Shown one piece after another: positions 50,076 through 60,609 of a stretch of DNA of 64,000 bases. Position 1 is the first letter of the stretch, and each line of letters begins with the position of its first letter. The notes below the pieces were generated by a model, which was not told the origin of the DNA, searched no databases, and was given only the letters and a program-made list of their open reading frames with translations. Source of the stretch: Alphaproteobacteria bacterium (GTDB lineage: Bacteria > Pseudomonadota > Alphaproteobacteria > Bin95); contig OZ219786.1 of NCBI GenBank assembly GCA_964291285.2, positions 768,001-832,000 on the forward strand, read 5' to 3'. The translations under genes and the position numbers were made by a program.

Positions 50076-51242
50076 TTGTTGCGACAGGAATTCGAGACGC
50101 TGGAGCAGAACGGGATCACGGGTGTGGCCCTGCCCCGGATCAACGACCCGAACGTCATCCCCCTCTGGTTCGGAGAGGGCGACCTCGTCACGCCCGCCTT
50201 CATCCGCGAGGCGGCGAAGCGGGCCATCGACGACGGCCTCACCTTCTACAACCACCCCAGCGGGCGCGCGGAACTGCTCGCGGCCATCAAGGCCTATCTC
50301 GACCGCATCTACGACATCGACCTCGACCCGGACCGCGTCGTGGTGCCCGGCTCGACCATGCTCGGCATCTTCATGGCGGCGCGCATGGCGGTCGGCGCCG
50401 GAGACCATGCGCTGATCGTGAGCCCCAACTGGCCGAATATCGACCGAGCGTTCCAAATGACGGGCGCGGCGTTCGATTTCGTGCGCCAGCGGCTCGACCC
50501 GGACGGCTGGACGCTGCATCTGGAGGATGTGTTCGAGGCGGCCCGCCCGAACACGCGCGCGCTGTTCATCAACACGCCCTGCAACCCGACCGGATGGGTC
50601 ATGCCGGCCTCGGAACAGCGGCGCCTGCTCGACTTCTGCCGCGAGCGGGGCATCGTCATCCTCGCCGACGAGGTCTATCACCGGAACATATTCGACGGCG
50701 ATGTTGCGCCCTCCTTCCTCCAGGTCGCCGCTCCCGACGACCCGCTCATCGTCGTCAACGGCTTCTCCAAGGCCTTCGCGATGACCGGCTGGCGGCTCGG
50801 CTGGATGGTGGTGCCCTCCGGCTACCGCGAGCAGATGGCGGCCTATTCGGAATGCGCGAACACGGGCGCGCCGCCCATCGTGCAGAGCGCCGGCATCGCC
50901 GCGCTGGAGCAGGGCGAGCCGCTGGTGCGGGAGTTGCGCGAACGCTACCGCGCGGGGCGGGATTCGGTAATGAAGATCCTGGCGCCCCACCCCCGCATCG
51001 AGCTGCAGATGCCGGAAGGCGCGTTCTACGCCTTTCCGCGCGTCCGGGGGCTGCGGTCCAGCATGGACTTCTCGCAAGGCCTGCTGGCGGAGGAGGATGT
51101 CGGCACGGCGCCTGGCTTCACCTTCGGACCCGGCAACGAGGAGAACTTCCGCCTCTGCTTCGCGCGCTCGGGCGAGCAGCTCGAAGCGGCGCTGCACCGC
51201 ATTACCGGCTACCTGGACCGGCACGACAACGAATTCGGTTGA
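50076..51242 (+). CDS. PLP-dependent aminotransferase class I/II (start approximate)
   Basis: WFGEGD, NTPCNPTG, ADEVY and FSKAFAMTGWRLG. Confidence 0.9.
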   Translation: MLRQEFETLEQNGITGVALPRINDPNVIPLWFGEGDLVTPAFIREAAKRAIDDGLTFYNHPSGRAELLAAIKAYLDRIYDIDLDPDRVVVPGSTMLGIFMAARMAVGAGDHALIVSPNWPNIDRAFQMTGAAFDFVRQRLDPDGWTLHLEDVFEAARPNTRALFINTPCNPTGWVMPASEQRRLLDFCRERGIVILADEVYHRNIFDGDVAPSFLQVAAPDDPLIVVNGFSKAFAMTGWRLGWMVVPSGYREQMAAYSECANTGAPPIVQSAGIAALEQGEPLVRELRERYRAGRDSVMKILAPHPRIELQMPEGAFYAFPRVRGLRSSMDFSQGLLAEEDVGTAPGFTFGPGNEENFRLCFARSGEQLEAALHRITGYLDRHDNEFG

Positions 51243-51269
51243 TTCCCCGCCTGCGGGCCTCCCCGGAAC

Positions 51270-52499
51270 ATGGACAGACACGACATGCCAATGCCGCAAT
51301 CGGGCGCGCCCCCGCTTCAGGGCGTCAAGGTGGTGGATTTCTCGCGCATCATCGCAGGACCGCTCTGCACGCAGGTGCTCGCCGACATGGGCGCCGAAGT
51401 CGTCAAGATCGAGAACCCGGCGACCGGAGACGACACGCGGCGCATGGCGGAGCCCGGCGTGGCCGGGGAGAGCCATTTCTTCCTCGCCTACAACCGCAAC
51501 AAGAAGAGCCTTGCCCTCGATGTCCGCACGCCGGAAGGCAGGCAGGTGGTGTTCGACCTGCTGGCGGATGCCGATGTCGTCGTCGAGAACTTCCGCGTGG
51601 GCGTGATGAAGCGCTTCGGCCTCGACTATGCGTCCCTTGCCGGGCGTTTCCCGCAGCTGGTCTATCTCTCCGTCTCGGCCTACGGACAGGAAGGGCCGAT
51701 GGCGGACCGTCCCGGCTTCGACCCGGTATTGCAGGCCGAATTCGGCATGATGTCGCTGACGGGCGAGCCGGACGGGCGCCCCATGCGCCATCCGCTCTCA
51801 CTCATCGACACGATGACCGCGCTCTATGCCGCCGCCTCCGTCAATGCCGCCCTGCTTGCGCGGCGCGATACCGGCCGGGGCCAGTATATCGAGCTCGCGC
51901 TCGCCGATGTCGCCGTGGCCGCGCTCGGCAATGCGGGCCTCTACTATCTTTGCAGCGGCGAGCCGCCGCCGCGCACCGGCAACAGCCATATCACCTCGAC
52001 GCCGACCAACCTGTTCCAGGCGGCCGACGGCCCGCTCTACATGGCGCTCGGCACCGACCGGCTGTTCGGCCAGCTGTGCCGGGACGTGCTGGGCCGGCCG
52101 GATCTGCCGGAGGATCCCCGCTTCGCTTCCCCGGCCGCACGGCTCGCAAACCGCCCGGAGCTGTTCGCGGTCCTGAACAACATCTTCGGCTCCGAATCAC
52201 GGGAGTACTGGCTATCGAAGATGCGCCACCTGCCCGCCGGACCCGTGCGGACGGTCGCGGAGGCACTCGAATCGGAGGAGGTCGCCCATCGCGGCATGGT
52301 GCGCACCATAGAGCACGCCGCAGCCGGGCCGATCCGCATCCTGGGCTCGCCCATCCATTTCAGCGACACGCCGGTCCGGGTCGATGCCGCGCCGCCACCG
52401 CTCCACGGCAACGACACCGAGGCAGTGCTGCGCAGCCTCGGATACGACGACGCCCGGATCGCCTCACTGCGCGAAAGCGGGACTCTGGGCCGGCACTGA
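51270..52499 (+). CDS. CaiB/BaiF family III CoA-transferase
   Basis: LQGVKVVDFSRIIAGP, NRNKKS, VENFRVG and RPGFD. Confidence 0.92.
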   Translation: MDRHDMPMPQSGAPPLQGVKVVDFSRIIAGPLCTQVLADMGAEVVKIENPATGDDTRRMAEPGVAGESHFFLAYNRNKKSLALDVRTPEGRQVVFDLLADADVVVENFRVGVMKRFGLDYASLAGRFPQLVYLSVSAYGQEGPMADRPGFDPVLQAEFGMMSLTGEPDGRPMRHPLSLIDTMTALYAAASVNAALLARRDTGRGQYIELALADVAVAALGNAGLYYLCSGEPPPRTGNSHITSTPTNLFQAADGPLYMALGTDRLFGQLCRDVLGRPDLPEDPRFASPAARLANRPELFAVLNNIFGSESREYWLSKMRHLPAGPVRTVAEALESEEVAHRGMVRTIEHAAAGPIRILGSPIHFSDTPVRVDAAPPPLHGNDTEAVLRSLGYDDARIASLRESGTLGRH

Positions 52500-52520
52500 G
52501 CAGCCGGACGGTTCACCCCG

Positions 52521-53381
52521 ATGACGCCGCAACACAATCTCTGCGCCGTCGCCTGGATGGTCGGCGCGGCGTCGGCCTTCAGCCTGCTCGTCGTCTGCGT
52601 TCGGGAACTGTCCGCAAGCTTGCCGACGCCGGAAATCCTGTTCTTCCGCTGCCTGTTCACCATGGCGCTGCTGGTCCCCTGGGCGGTGCGGGCCGGCCGG
52701 GACGGGCTGCGCATCCGGCGGCCCTGGCCCAACCTGCTGCGCGGGGTCAGCACCTTCGCCGCCATGACGATGTGGTTCCATGCCATCGGCATCGTGCCAC
52801 TGGCCGATGCGGTGGCGATCCAGTCGGCCTATCCGCTGTTCACGATCCTGCTGGCGATGCTGCTGTTCGCCGAGCGCCCCGGCATCCGCCGCTGGCTGGC
52901 GACGCTCGCGGGCTTCGCCGGCGTGCTGGTGATCGTGCGGCCCGGCTTCGTGGCGGTCGGCCTGCCCACGGCCATGCTGCTCGGCGCGGCGCTCTGCTAC
53001 GCGGTCAGCAATATCTGCGTGAAGGCGATGGCGGACACCGAATCCCCGACGCGCATGGTGTTCACAGTGAATGCGCTGCTGCTCGCCTTCTCGGCCGTCC
53101 CGACGGCGCTCATGTGGGTAACGCCGTCGCTCGACGCACTGCCCTGGATCGCACTGCTCGCAGGCTCCGGCTTCGCCGCGCATATGTGCCTGACGCGCGC
53201 ACTCGCGACCGGCGAGGCCGGCACGGTCATGCCGTTCGACTTCCTTCGCCTGCCCTTCGCCGCGCTGGGCGGCCTCATGCTCTACGGCGAAGTCCCCGAT
53301 ATGTGGACCGTCGCCGGCGGCATCCTCGTCTTTGCGAGCGCGACCTATATCGCCATGCGCGAAGCCCGGCCGGGGCGCTGA
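52521..53381 (+). CDS. DMT/EamA family transporter
   Basis: About 10 TM helices; VPLADA, IVRPG and MPFDFLRL. Confidence 0.88.
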   Translation: MTPQHNLCAVAWMVGAASAFSLLVVCVRELSASLPTPEILFFRCLFTMALLVPWAVRAGRDGLRIRRPWPNLLRGVSTFAAMTMWFHAIGIVPLADAVAIQSAYPLFTILLAMLLFAERPGIRRWLATLAGFAGVLVIVRPGFVAVGLPTAMLLGAALCYAVSNICVKAMADTESPTRMVFTVNALLLAFSAVPTALMWVTPSLDALPWIALLAGSGFAAHMCLTRALATGEAGTVMPFDFLRLPFAALGGLMLYGEVPDMWTVAGGILVFASATYIAMREARPGR

Positions 53382-53428
53382 GCCCGCCCTCGGCGACTTG
53401 CGCCGTCGCCAGTTCGTCCAAAGGGGCG

Positions 53429-54169
53429 CTACCCCGCCTCACGCGCTCCCGCGACGAGTCTGGCAAGGTCTTCCTGCGAGGCCGCGCCGGGCAGGATGGC
53501 GTTCTTCACCAGGAAGGCGGGTGTGCCGCGAATGCCCACCGCCTGGCCGAGAACGCGGTTGCGCTCGATGACCGCCGTGACAGCCTCGCTCTCCATGTCG
53601 GCGCGCAATTGCGCGATGTCGAGGCCGGTTTCGGCGGCGATGTCCATGATCCGATCCTCGTCGAGCGCGCCGGGGGCGGACATGAGCGCGACATGGAACT
53701 CGGCCCATTTGCCCTGCCTGTCGGCCGCGAGCGAGGCGCGGGCGGCGGTCACGGACGCCTCGCCCAGAATGGGGAACTCCTTGAAGACGATGCGCAGCCG
53801 GCCGTCCGCGGCCGCCAGCGCCATCACATCGCCCAGCACGCGCTTGCAGAAGCCGCAGCGATAGTCGAAGAACTCGACCAGCACCGCGTCGGCGTCTTCC
53901 GGCCCGATGGCGGGGTCGCCCTCGGCGCGCGCCAGCGCCTCCCAATTGGCGGCGATGCGCCCGACCTGCTGCTGCCGCCGGAATTGCTCCTGCTCGTCCC
54001 ACCAGGCCTGCACCGCCTGGAGGACGATTTCGGGGTCCTTCTGGCGGAGATATTCGATGACGGCGGACACCTCCTGCTCGGTGTCGGCCCGCGCCTCGCG
54101 GGCGGTCCAGGGCAGGCAGGCGAGCACAGCGAGGAGGAAGGCGAGAACGGCGCGGGAGAGCAGGGTCAT
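53429..54169 (-). CDS. Periplasmic DsbA-family thiol-disulfide oxidoreductase (ScsC/Com1-like)
   Basis: Signal peptide; EFFDYRCGFCK, KEFPILG and GTPAF. Confidence 0.9.
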   Translation of the reverse strand: MTLLSRAVLAFLLAVLACLPWTAREARADTEQEVSAVIEYLRQKDPEIVLQAVQAWWDEQEQFRRQQQVGRIAANWEALARAEGDPAIGPEDADAVLVEFFDYRCGFCKRVLGDVMALAAADGRLRIVFKEFPILGEASVTAARASLAADRQGKWAEFHVALMSAPGALDEDRIMDIAAETGLDIAQLRADMESEAVTAVIERNRVLGQAVGIRGTPAFLVKNAILPGAASQEDLARLVAGAREAG

Positions 54170-54235
54170 GGCGGCCGGACCCCTTTTGCGATGGGAGCCC
54201 CCTTATGACCCCGGCCGGCGCTTTCGGCAAGCCGC

Positions 54236-55642
54236 TCAGGCGGCCGCATCCGCCTCCTTGCCGAACAGGCGGACCCGGGCGCCCGCAAGCAGGTCGGCGA
54301 GCCGGTTGCGGATCGCCCAGAGGCAGACGAGCGAGGGCAGGACCATGAGCGTGGTGATGACGAAGAAGGTCCCCCAGTCGCCTTCCAGCCAGTCCACCAG
54401 CTCGCCCGAGGAGGCGGCGAAGAGCGTCCGCCCGGCCGTGCCGATGGAGGCGAGCAGCGCATACTGGGTCGCGGTGTAGGTCCGGTCCACCAGCATCGAG
54501 ATGAAGGCGACGAAAGTGACGGTGGCGAACGCGCTGGTGAGGTCGTCCATGACGACGGCGATCGCGAACAGGAGTTCCGACTTGCCGGACCATGCCATGA
54601 GCGCGAACAGGAGGTTGGTCGCCGCCATGGCGATGCCGGAGACGAACATCGCCTTGATGAGCCCGATGCGGATGGCGAACAGGCCGCCCAGCACGGTGAA
54701 GACGAGGGTGGTGAGCCAGCCGAGGCCCTTGGAATAAACGGCGATGTCCGACTTCGAGAAGCCCACCTCCTTGTAGAAGATGAGCGACATGCGGCCCATG
54801 AAGGCCTCGCCGATCTTGAAGAGGAAGATGAAACCGAGCACGGCGGCAGCGATGGCGACGCCGTTCTGCCGGAAGAAGCTCATCAGCGGTCCGACCAGGG
54901 TTCCCGCAAGCCAGCCGGAGACCCGGCCTGCCGCGCCGGGGACGCCGAGGCGCGAAGCGAGCGCCTGCTCGTCCCGCTCCTGCGCGGCAACGCGGGCGGC
55001 GGCGGAGGGCTCCGGCACGAAGGCCAGGCCGATATTGCAGAGCACGACCAGTATGCCGAGGACGAGGAAGGTCGCCTGCCAGTAATGCTCGACGCCCGAC
55101 TGCTCGAAATACTGCGCCGCCTCCAGTGCGACGACGCCGCCGAGCTTGTAGCCCGTCCACCAGCCGACGACGGCGACGGCTGCGCCCGCGGCCATGGATT
55201 CGCCCTCGTCCCTGCCGATCTGCTCGATCCGGAGCGCGTCTACGGCGATGTCCTGGGTGGCCGATGCGACGGCGATGGCGAGCCCGATGGCGACCACGAG
55301 GCCGAGATCGACGGAGGGCTCGACCGTGCTCCACAGGATGAGGCAGACGAGGATGACCGCCTGCAGCGCCACGATCCACGACCGGCGGTGCCCGAGCCGG
55401 TCCGCGATCCAGGGCAGGCGGATACGGTCGATCAGCGGCGCCCAGAGGAAGTTGAAGGCATAGACGCCGAAGATAAGCCCCGCCCAGCCGATGGCGCTGC
55501 GGCTCAGCCCGTCCTCCTTCAGCCAGAGGTTGAGGCTGCTGCCGATGAGCACCCAGGGAAAGCCGCTGACAATGCCCAGCAGCAGGATGCGCGCCATGCG
55601 CCGCTCGAGATAGGTTCCGAGCGCGCCCCGAAGCTCCATCAC
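54236..55642 (-). CDS. ampG: AmpG-family muropeptide MFS transporter
   Basis: SGFP, FLWAPLID, SATQDIAVDALRIE and TATQYALL. Confidence 0.85.
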   Translation of the reverse strand: MMELRGALGTYLERRMARILLLGIVSGFPWVLIGSSLNLWLKEDGLSRSAIGWAGLIFGVYAFNFLWAPLIDRIRLPWIADRLGHRRSWIVALQAVILVCLILWSTVEPSVDLGLVVAIGLAIAVASATQDIAVDALRIEQIGRDEGESMAAGAAVAVVGWWTGYKLGGVVALEAAQYFEQSGVEHYWQATFLVLGILVVLCNIGLAFVPEPSAAARVAAQERDEQALASRLGVPGAAGRVSGWLAGTLVGPLMSFFRQNGVAIAAAVLGFIFLFKIGEAFMGRMSLIFYKEVGFSKSDIAVYSKGLGWLTTLVFTVLGGLFAIRIGLIKAMFVSGIAMAATNLLFALMAWSGKSELLFAIAVVMDDLTSAFATVTFVAFISMLVDRTYTATQYALLASIGTAGRTLFAASSGELVDWLEGDWGTFFVITTLMVLPSLVCLWAIRNRLADLLAGARVRLFGKEADAAA

Positions 55643-55675
55643 GCCGCCCCCTCTCGGCCCCCGGTGCGGTTTGCG

Positions 55676-56062
55676 CTAGTCGCCGATCACGGCCATGGCG
55701 GCAATTTCCACCAGGAATTCGGGTCGCACGAGGCCGGCCTGCACACAGGCGCGCGCCGGTGGGCTCTCCGGGAAGTAGGAGGCGTAAACCTCGTTCATCG
55801 CGGCGTAGTCGGCGAGGTCCTTGAGGTAGATTGTGTTGTACACGATGTCCTGCATGGAGCCGCCGGCCTCTTCAAGAATTTCCCTGATATTCTCCAGCAC
55901 CTGCCGGGTCTGCGCGCCGGCGTCTCCCTCGCCGATGAGGGTCCCGGACGTATCGAGCGCCAGCATGCCCGCCGTGCAGACGAGCCCGCCGGACCGGAAG
56001 CCCGGAGAGTAAGGCGCGAGCGGGGGCGGAGAGCCCTTGGGCAATATCGGTTGACCGGCCAT
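55676..56062 (-). CDS. RidA/RutC family protein
   Basis: APYSPG, MNEVYASYF, PPARACV and LVEI. Confidence 0.9.
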   Translation of the reverse strand: MAGQPILPKGSPPPLAPYSPGFRSGGLVCTAGMLALDTSGTLIGEGDAGAQTRQVLENIREILEEAGGSMQDIVYNTIYLKDLADYAAMNEVYASYFPESPPARACVQAGLVRPEFLVEIAAMAVIGD

Positions 56063-56168
56063 GTGGAGGTTCCTCCCCTCGGTTGCAGATTCCGTTCGCT
56101 CGGGCGCGGCGCGGATCGCGGTTTTCTTCGCGAGCGATAGCACCGCCGAAGCCTCTGCGGCAAGCAGC

Positions 56169-57384
56169 CAGGGCAATCGCTTTTGGGCCTGTCATGCGGC
56201 GGCCCGGATCAAGTTGAGGAGCAAGTCGTCATTCCAGGCTGCGCGTTTGAGTTTTCCGCGCATGGCGTCTTTTGTGGGTTCGCGGCGTGCGATGTTGAGG
56301 GCGAGGCGTCGGATCAGGGCGAGGTTTTCGGGTCCGTGGTCCTTGCGGTTTCGCTGTCGGTCCTCGTTCATGGTCACGTCGAGCACCCAGTGCAGGCAGT
56401 TTTCGATGGTCCAATGGGCGCGCGCGGCGTGCTGGAAGCGCTCGGGCGCGAGCGGCGCGCTCATGATGTAGTAGCGGGTTTCGGTTTTGGTGCTCCTTGC
56501 GGTTTCGCGCCTGGCCTGGATCTTGCCGATGGCGGCCAGCCCCGGCCAGTCATGGCGCTCGCGCAGCCATGCAATCTCGTGGCAGACCGAGGCGCGGCGC
56601 GTCTCGATGCGCCCGTGATCGCCATCGACATGCTGACATGATTGGAGTTTGTCCGCCTGGGCGGGATCGTCCAGATACAGGCGCACATCCTCATACAGGC
56701 TGCCCTGATTGCCCTTGAGCGCCAGCACATAGTCCCCGCCCTTGGCGGTAACGGCCTCGGCCGTCGCCCGCTGGGTATGCATCGCGTCCGCCGTCACGAT
56801 CCGGCCCTTGAGCGCCAGCATCTCCAGCAGCTTCGGCATCGCCGCAATCTCGTTGGACTTGTCATCGACCTTCACCTGGCCGAGCATCAGGCGGGTCCCG
56901 GCGGCGAAGGCCTGCACCAGATGCACCGGCGAGCGCGCCGCGGCATCGGCGAAGGAACGCCGCAGCGACTTGCCGTCAACCGCGATCACATCGCCGTCCA
57001 GAACCGCCGCCCAGTCCTCCAGAAGCCGCAGCAGCACTTTCTGCAGGCTGTCGGGATCGAGGGCGTTGAACAGGTCCGAAAACGCATCGTGGCTCGGAAT
57101 GCCGTGCTTCAACTCCATGAAACGGCGCAGAAACCCTTCCTTCGCCCGACCGAAACGCTCCATGTCCGCGCATCCCTCCCCACCGCACAAGGTCGAGAGC
57201 AGCGCGATCATCAGCATCTCGTGCAGAGAGTGGCGCGTCGCATTGCTGCGACGCGGATCCGTAACTCCTTCGAATACTGACGAAAACTCCTCCATCTCAC
57301 ACCCCAACTCACCAGATACGGAAACCGGAGTGTGAATCGAAAACGCAAACTCCTAAAAGCTAATCTTCAAAAGCGATTCCCCTG
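56169..57384 (-). mobile_element. ISAs1-family element
   Basis: 17-bp IRs CAGGG(C/G)AATCGCTTTTG; 9-bp target duplication GCAAGCAGC at 56160-56168 and 57385-57393. Confidence 0.93.
56192..57295 (-). CDS. ISAs1-family transposase
   Basis: DPR, GIPSHD, AVDGK, KSNEI, TADAMH, LKGNQ, HGRIETR and HWTIENCLHWVLDV. Confidence 0.94.
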   Translation of the reverse strand: MEEFSSVFEGVTDPRRSNATRHSLHEMLMIALLSTLCGGEGCADMERFGRAKEGFLRRFMELKHGIPSHDAFSDLFNALDPDSLQKVLLRLLEDWAAVLDGDVIAVDGKSLRRSFADAAARSPVHLVQAFAAGTRLMLGQVKVDDKSNEIAAMPKLLEMLALKGRIVTADAMHTQRATAEAVTAKGGDYVLALKGNQGSLYEDVRLYLDDPAQADKLQSCQHVDGDHGRIETRRASVCHEIAWLRERHDWPGLAAIGKIQARRETARSTKTETRYYIMSAPLAPERFQHAARAHWTIENCLHWVLDVTMNEDRQRNRKDHGPENLALIRRLALNIARREPTKDAMRGKLKRAAWNDDLLLNLIRAAA

Positions 57385-57406
57385 GCAAGCAGCGAGGACG
57401 CCGCCG

Positions 57407-57919
57407 TCATTCCCGGGTCTTTGCCGGACGGGGGCCGGCAAGCGGCTTTTCGAGAAAGAAAACACCCTCCATCGGGTTGTCGTAGTAGGCCGGGATTTCG
57501 TGGAAGCCCATCGACCGGTAAAGCGCGACCGCTTCATGCAGGCGGGTCAAGGTGTCGAGGCGCATGAGCCGATAGCCGGCATCCGCGCCCGCCTGCACGA
57601 GCGCCTCGGCCAGCCTTCGTCCGAGGCCAAGGCCCCGCCAGCGCGGGCGCACATAGAGGCGCTTCATCTCGCAGATGCCGGGCTCCAGCTCTTTCATGCC
57701 GACACCGCCCGCAGCCGAACCGTCCCGGGCGCGGGCGAGCAGCAGCCGGCCTCCCGGCGGCGCATACAGCTTGGCAAGCGAATCCAGTTCCGCAGAGAAG
57801 TCCTGGAAGGAAAGATCCTCGCCGAGCCATTGCTGGTATTCGGTGAAGAGCGCCCGCATTTCGGCGATTTCGGCGGGTGTCGAGGCTTCGACAATCGCAA
57901 CCGGCTCCGCAGCGCTCAT
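57407..57919 (-). CDS. GNAT family N-acetyltransferase
   Basis: CEMKRLYV, RGLGLGR, LDTL and ALYRSMGF. Confidence 0.9.
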   Translation of the reverse strand: MSAAEPVAIVEASTPAEIAEMRALFTEYQQWLGEDLSFQDFSAELDSLAKLYAPPGGRLLLARARDGSAAGGVGMKELEPGICEMKRLYVRPRWRGLGLGRRLAEALVQAGADAGYRLMRLDTLTRLHEAVALYRSMGFHEIPAYYDNPMEGVFFLEKPLAGPRPAKTRE

Positions 57920-57931
57920 GCTCCGGCTTTC

Positions 57932-58915
57932 CTAGCCGGCGAAGGCCCGAAGCCGCTCGACGATGGTCCCGTCCGCCTCGAAGCCGCCGGATGCTCTCGC
58001 CGCCTCGCGCACCGCCCGGGAGCGGTCGAAGGGCATGCGGACGGGACTGGCCGGATCGGCCGGTCTCGCGGTCCGCACGGTCCCGGCATAGTCGGCGATG
58101 CGCTGCTTAAAGCCCTCCGTGTCACCGAAAATATCCGGGCGGATGGCAACGATCACCATGCCGAAACCGGCGAGGTCCGGCGTGATGCCCTCCGAGCCCG
58201 CCAGCACGCCCAGCATCTGCACCACGAGGCCGAGTCCGGAGCCCTTGTGCTCGCCCCAGGCCGTGAACGCGCCGGCAAGCGCCGCGTCGGGGTCGGTAGT
58301 CGGCCGACCGTCGGGTCCGAAGGCGCGGCCCTCCGGCAGCGGCCGGCCCGTGCGGCGGGCAAGCAGCACCTCGGCATGCATGATGGTACTGGTGCCGATG
58401 TCCCAGACGATGGGGCGGTCGGCGGACGGAAAGCCGAAGCAGATCGGGTTGGTGCCGAACCGCCCCTCAGCGGCGCCATAGGGCGCGACCCAGGGCGTGG
58501 CGTTGGACGCGATCATGGTCACGAGGTCATGCGCCGCCCCCTGTTCGGCGAAGTAGCTCAGCATGCCCGTGTACCAGGTATCGACCGCGCCGACGGCGGA
58601 GAGGCCCATCGCGTTCGCCTTCGCGATGGCAATGTCGGTCGCGCGCTGGCCGACGATGTAGCCGATATGGTCGGCGCCGTCGATGCGGGCCGAAACCGGC
58701 GTTTCATGCGTGATCGTGATGGGCCGGGACGGCGGTCCGGTACGCCCGATCCGCTCGGTGATCGACACCGCCCGCGCCAGACCGCCATAGGAAACGCCGC
58801 GCAGTTCGCAGTCGATCAGGTGGTCCACGATGGCCGGGACATCGCCCGCCTCGTAGCCGAGTTTCGCCATCACCCGCGTTAGCAGGGCATGGGCCTCGTC
58901 GATGGCGATGCGCAT
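57932..58915 (-). CDS. Ldh_2-family (malate/L-lactate/ureidoglycolate-type) oxidoreductase
   Basis: ELRGVSYG, GTNPICFGFP, DIGTS and HKGSGLG. Confidence 0.85.
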   Translation of the reverse strand: MRIAIDEAHALLTRVMAKLGYEAGDVPAIVDHLIDCELRGVSYGGLARAVSITERIGRTGPPSRPITITHETPVSARIDGADHIGYIVGQRATDIAIAKANAMGLSAVGAVDTWYTGMLSYFAEQGAAHDLVTMIASNATPWVAPYGAAEGRFGTNPICFGFPSADRPIVWDIGTSTIMHAEVLLARRTGRPLPEGRAFGPDGRPTTDPDAALAGAFTAWGEHKGSGLGLVVQMLGVLAGSEGITPDLAGFGMVIVAIRPDIFGDTEGFKQRIADYAGTVRTARPADPASPVRMPFDRSRAVREAARASGGFEADGTIVERLRAFAG

Positions 58916-58934
58916 GGGGGCGTGGTCCCCGGAA

Positions 58935-59774
58935 TCACCGCCTCCGGCGGCGGCCGCCCGTTCCGTCGAACAGGATCTGCTCGCGCCGTTCGGCGTCGGC
59001 CGCGACCGTCTCGAAATCAGCCTCGTCCATCCGGCGGGCCGGCGGCGGCACGATGGCGAAGTGCCCGAAGCGGTCCTCGCCGGCTACCAGCGCCACTTCC
59101 GTTTCCGGGCCGGAGCGCGCGCGCATGGTCGGCGCGATATAGCGGATGGCCGCGCCGATACGCCGGTCGCCGGTGCCGTTCGGGCCGGAGGCATGGAACA
59201 GGTGGCCATGGTGCAGCGAGGCCTGCCCCGGCTGCAGCACGACATCCACGGCCGCGTCCTCGTCCACCTCGACCTGGATTTCCTGGCCGCGGGTCAGCAA
59301 ATTGTCGGCGGCGAAGCTGTCGGCATGCGGCACGATCCGCTCCCGATGGCTGCCCGGGATGAAGCGCATGCAACCGCTATCCTCCGTCGCCGGCGAGAGC
59401 GCCACCCAGAGCGTCGTCTCCTCCGCCTTGTCGAGGCCCCAATAGGTCAGGTCCTGGTGCCAGGACACGTAGCTCGGCGTGTTCGCTTCCTTGATGAACA
59501 GCCCCGACCCCCAGACCATGACATCGGGACCCAGCACCGCCTGCGCCGCCTCGACCATCTTCGGATGGCGGACCAGCCGGTCGAAGGACGGCAGGAAGCG
59601 GGCCGGGAAGCCGCGCAGCAGGCCGAGCCGCTTCGGGTCGTCCGCCAGTTCGGCCTCGCCCCGCTCAAGGTCGGCGCGCAGCTTCCCAGCTTCCGTCTCA
59701 GTCACGATATCGAGCGGGAAGACGAACCCGTCGCGGGCATAGTCGAGCGCAATTTTCGATTCGGTCATGTTCAT
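58935..59774 (-). CDS. PhyH-family Fe/2OG dioxygenase
   Basis: WHQDLTYW, PGSH, HASGPN and RRIG. Confidence 0.9.
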   Translation of the reverse strand: MNMTESKIALDYARDGFVFPLDIVTETEAGKLRADLERGEAELADDPKRLGLLRGFPARFLPSFDRLVRHPKMVEAAQAVLGPDVMVWGSGLFIKEANTPSYVSWHQDLTYWGLDKAEETTLWVALSPATEDSGCMRFIPGSHRERIVPHADSFAADNLLTRGQEIQVEVDEDAAVDVVLQPGQASLHHGHLFHASGPNGTGDRRIGAAIRYIAPTMRARSGPETEVALVAGEDRFGHFAIVPPPARRMDEADFETVAADAERREQILFDGTGGRRRRR

Positions 59775-59828
59775 GGCGTGGCTGCGCAGCCTTGCGGCTC
59801 CTCTCCCGTTCCTGGGGTTTCGTGCGGT

Positions 59829-60596
59829 CTATTCCCGGTAGCCCGGGTCGTCCCGGTCGAGCAGCTCCAGATAGGCGGACCAGTCGTCGTCCCGGCCGGG
59901 CCGGGCCAGGAACTCGTCGAACTGCCGGGCTGTCCTCTCGCAGACCTCGGCCGAGGGCATGTCGAGCCCGTTGCCGGAGGCATGGGCGGCGGCCATCGCG
60001 TCAAGCTGCGAGGCGCAGGCGCGCTCCAGCGCATGAAGCAGCATCCAGGTGCTCGGAATCGATGGTCCGGCGGCGAGCAGGCCGTGGTTCTTCAGCACCA
60101 GCGCGCGCCCCTTTGGGCCGATGTCCCGCGCAATCCGCTCGCGCTCGTCCAGCTCCGTCTCGTCGCTCTCCCAGTCGTGGTAGCCGACGCGGCCGTGGAA
60201 GGCGAGCGCCGTCTGCGAGGCGGGCAGCAGTTCGGTGTCCAGCGAGGAAAGCGCCATGCCCTGCACGGTATGGGTGTGCGCCGTGCAGGCCACGTCGGGC
60301 CGGGCGTCGAGCACGGCCGAATGCAGCATGATGCCAACCGCGTTGAGCGGGCTGCCGGTCTCCAGCGGGTCGCCACCCTCGCGGTCGGTCTTAACCAGGG
60401 AGGATGCCGTGATCTCCTCGAACATGAGGCCGTAAGGGTTGAGGAGGAAGCGGTCGGGCTCGTCCGGCACACGCGCCGAGAAGTGCGTCAGCGCCAGGTC
60501 GGAGAGGTCGTGCTTCGCCGCCAGCCGGAAGACGGCCGCCAGGTTGACGCGCGCCTCCCATTCGGCTTCGGAAACGCGGGAACGGATATCAGGCAT
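59829..60596 (-). CDS. Class II aldolase/adducin family protein
   Basis: THFSAR, NPYGLMFEEITAS, HSAV, HTHT and NHG. Confidence 0.9.
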   Translation of the reverse strand: MPDIRSRVSEAEWEARVNLAAVFRLAAKHDLSDLALTHFSARVPDEPDRFLLNPYGLMFEEITASSLVKTDREGGDPLETGSPLNAVGIMLHSAVLDARPDVACTAHTHTVQGMALSSLDTELLPASQTALAFHGRVGYHDWESDETELDERERIARDIGPKGRALVLKNHGLLAAGPSIPSTWMLLHALERACASQLDAMAAAHASGNGLDMPSAEVCERTARQFDEFLARPGRDDDWSAYLELLDRDDPGYRE

Positions 60597-60609
60597 GGAT
60601 GCTCCCCGC

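Noticed and set aside
49247-54208. 1653-aa ORF on the + strand
   Set aside because: Low-complexity R/A/G/P shadow frame overlapping several well-supported genes; a high-GC artefact
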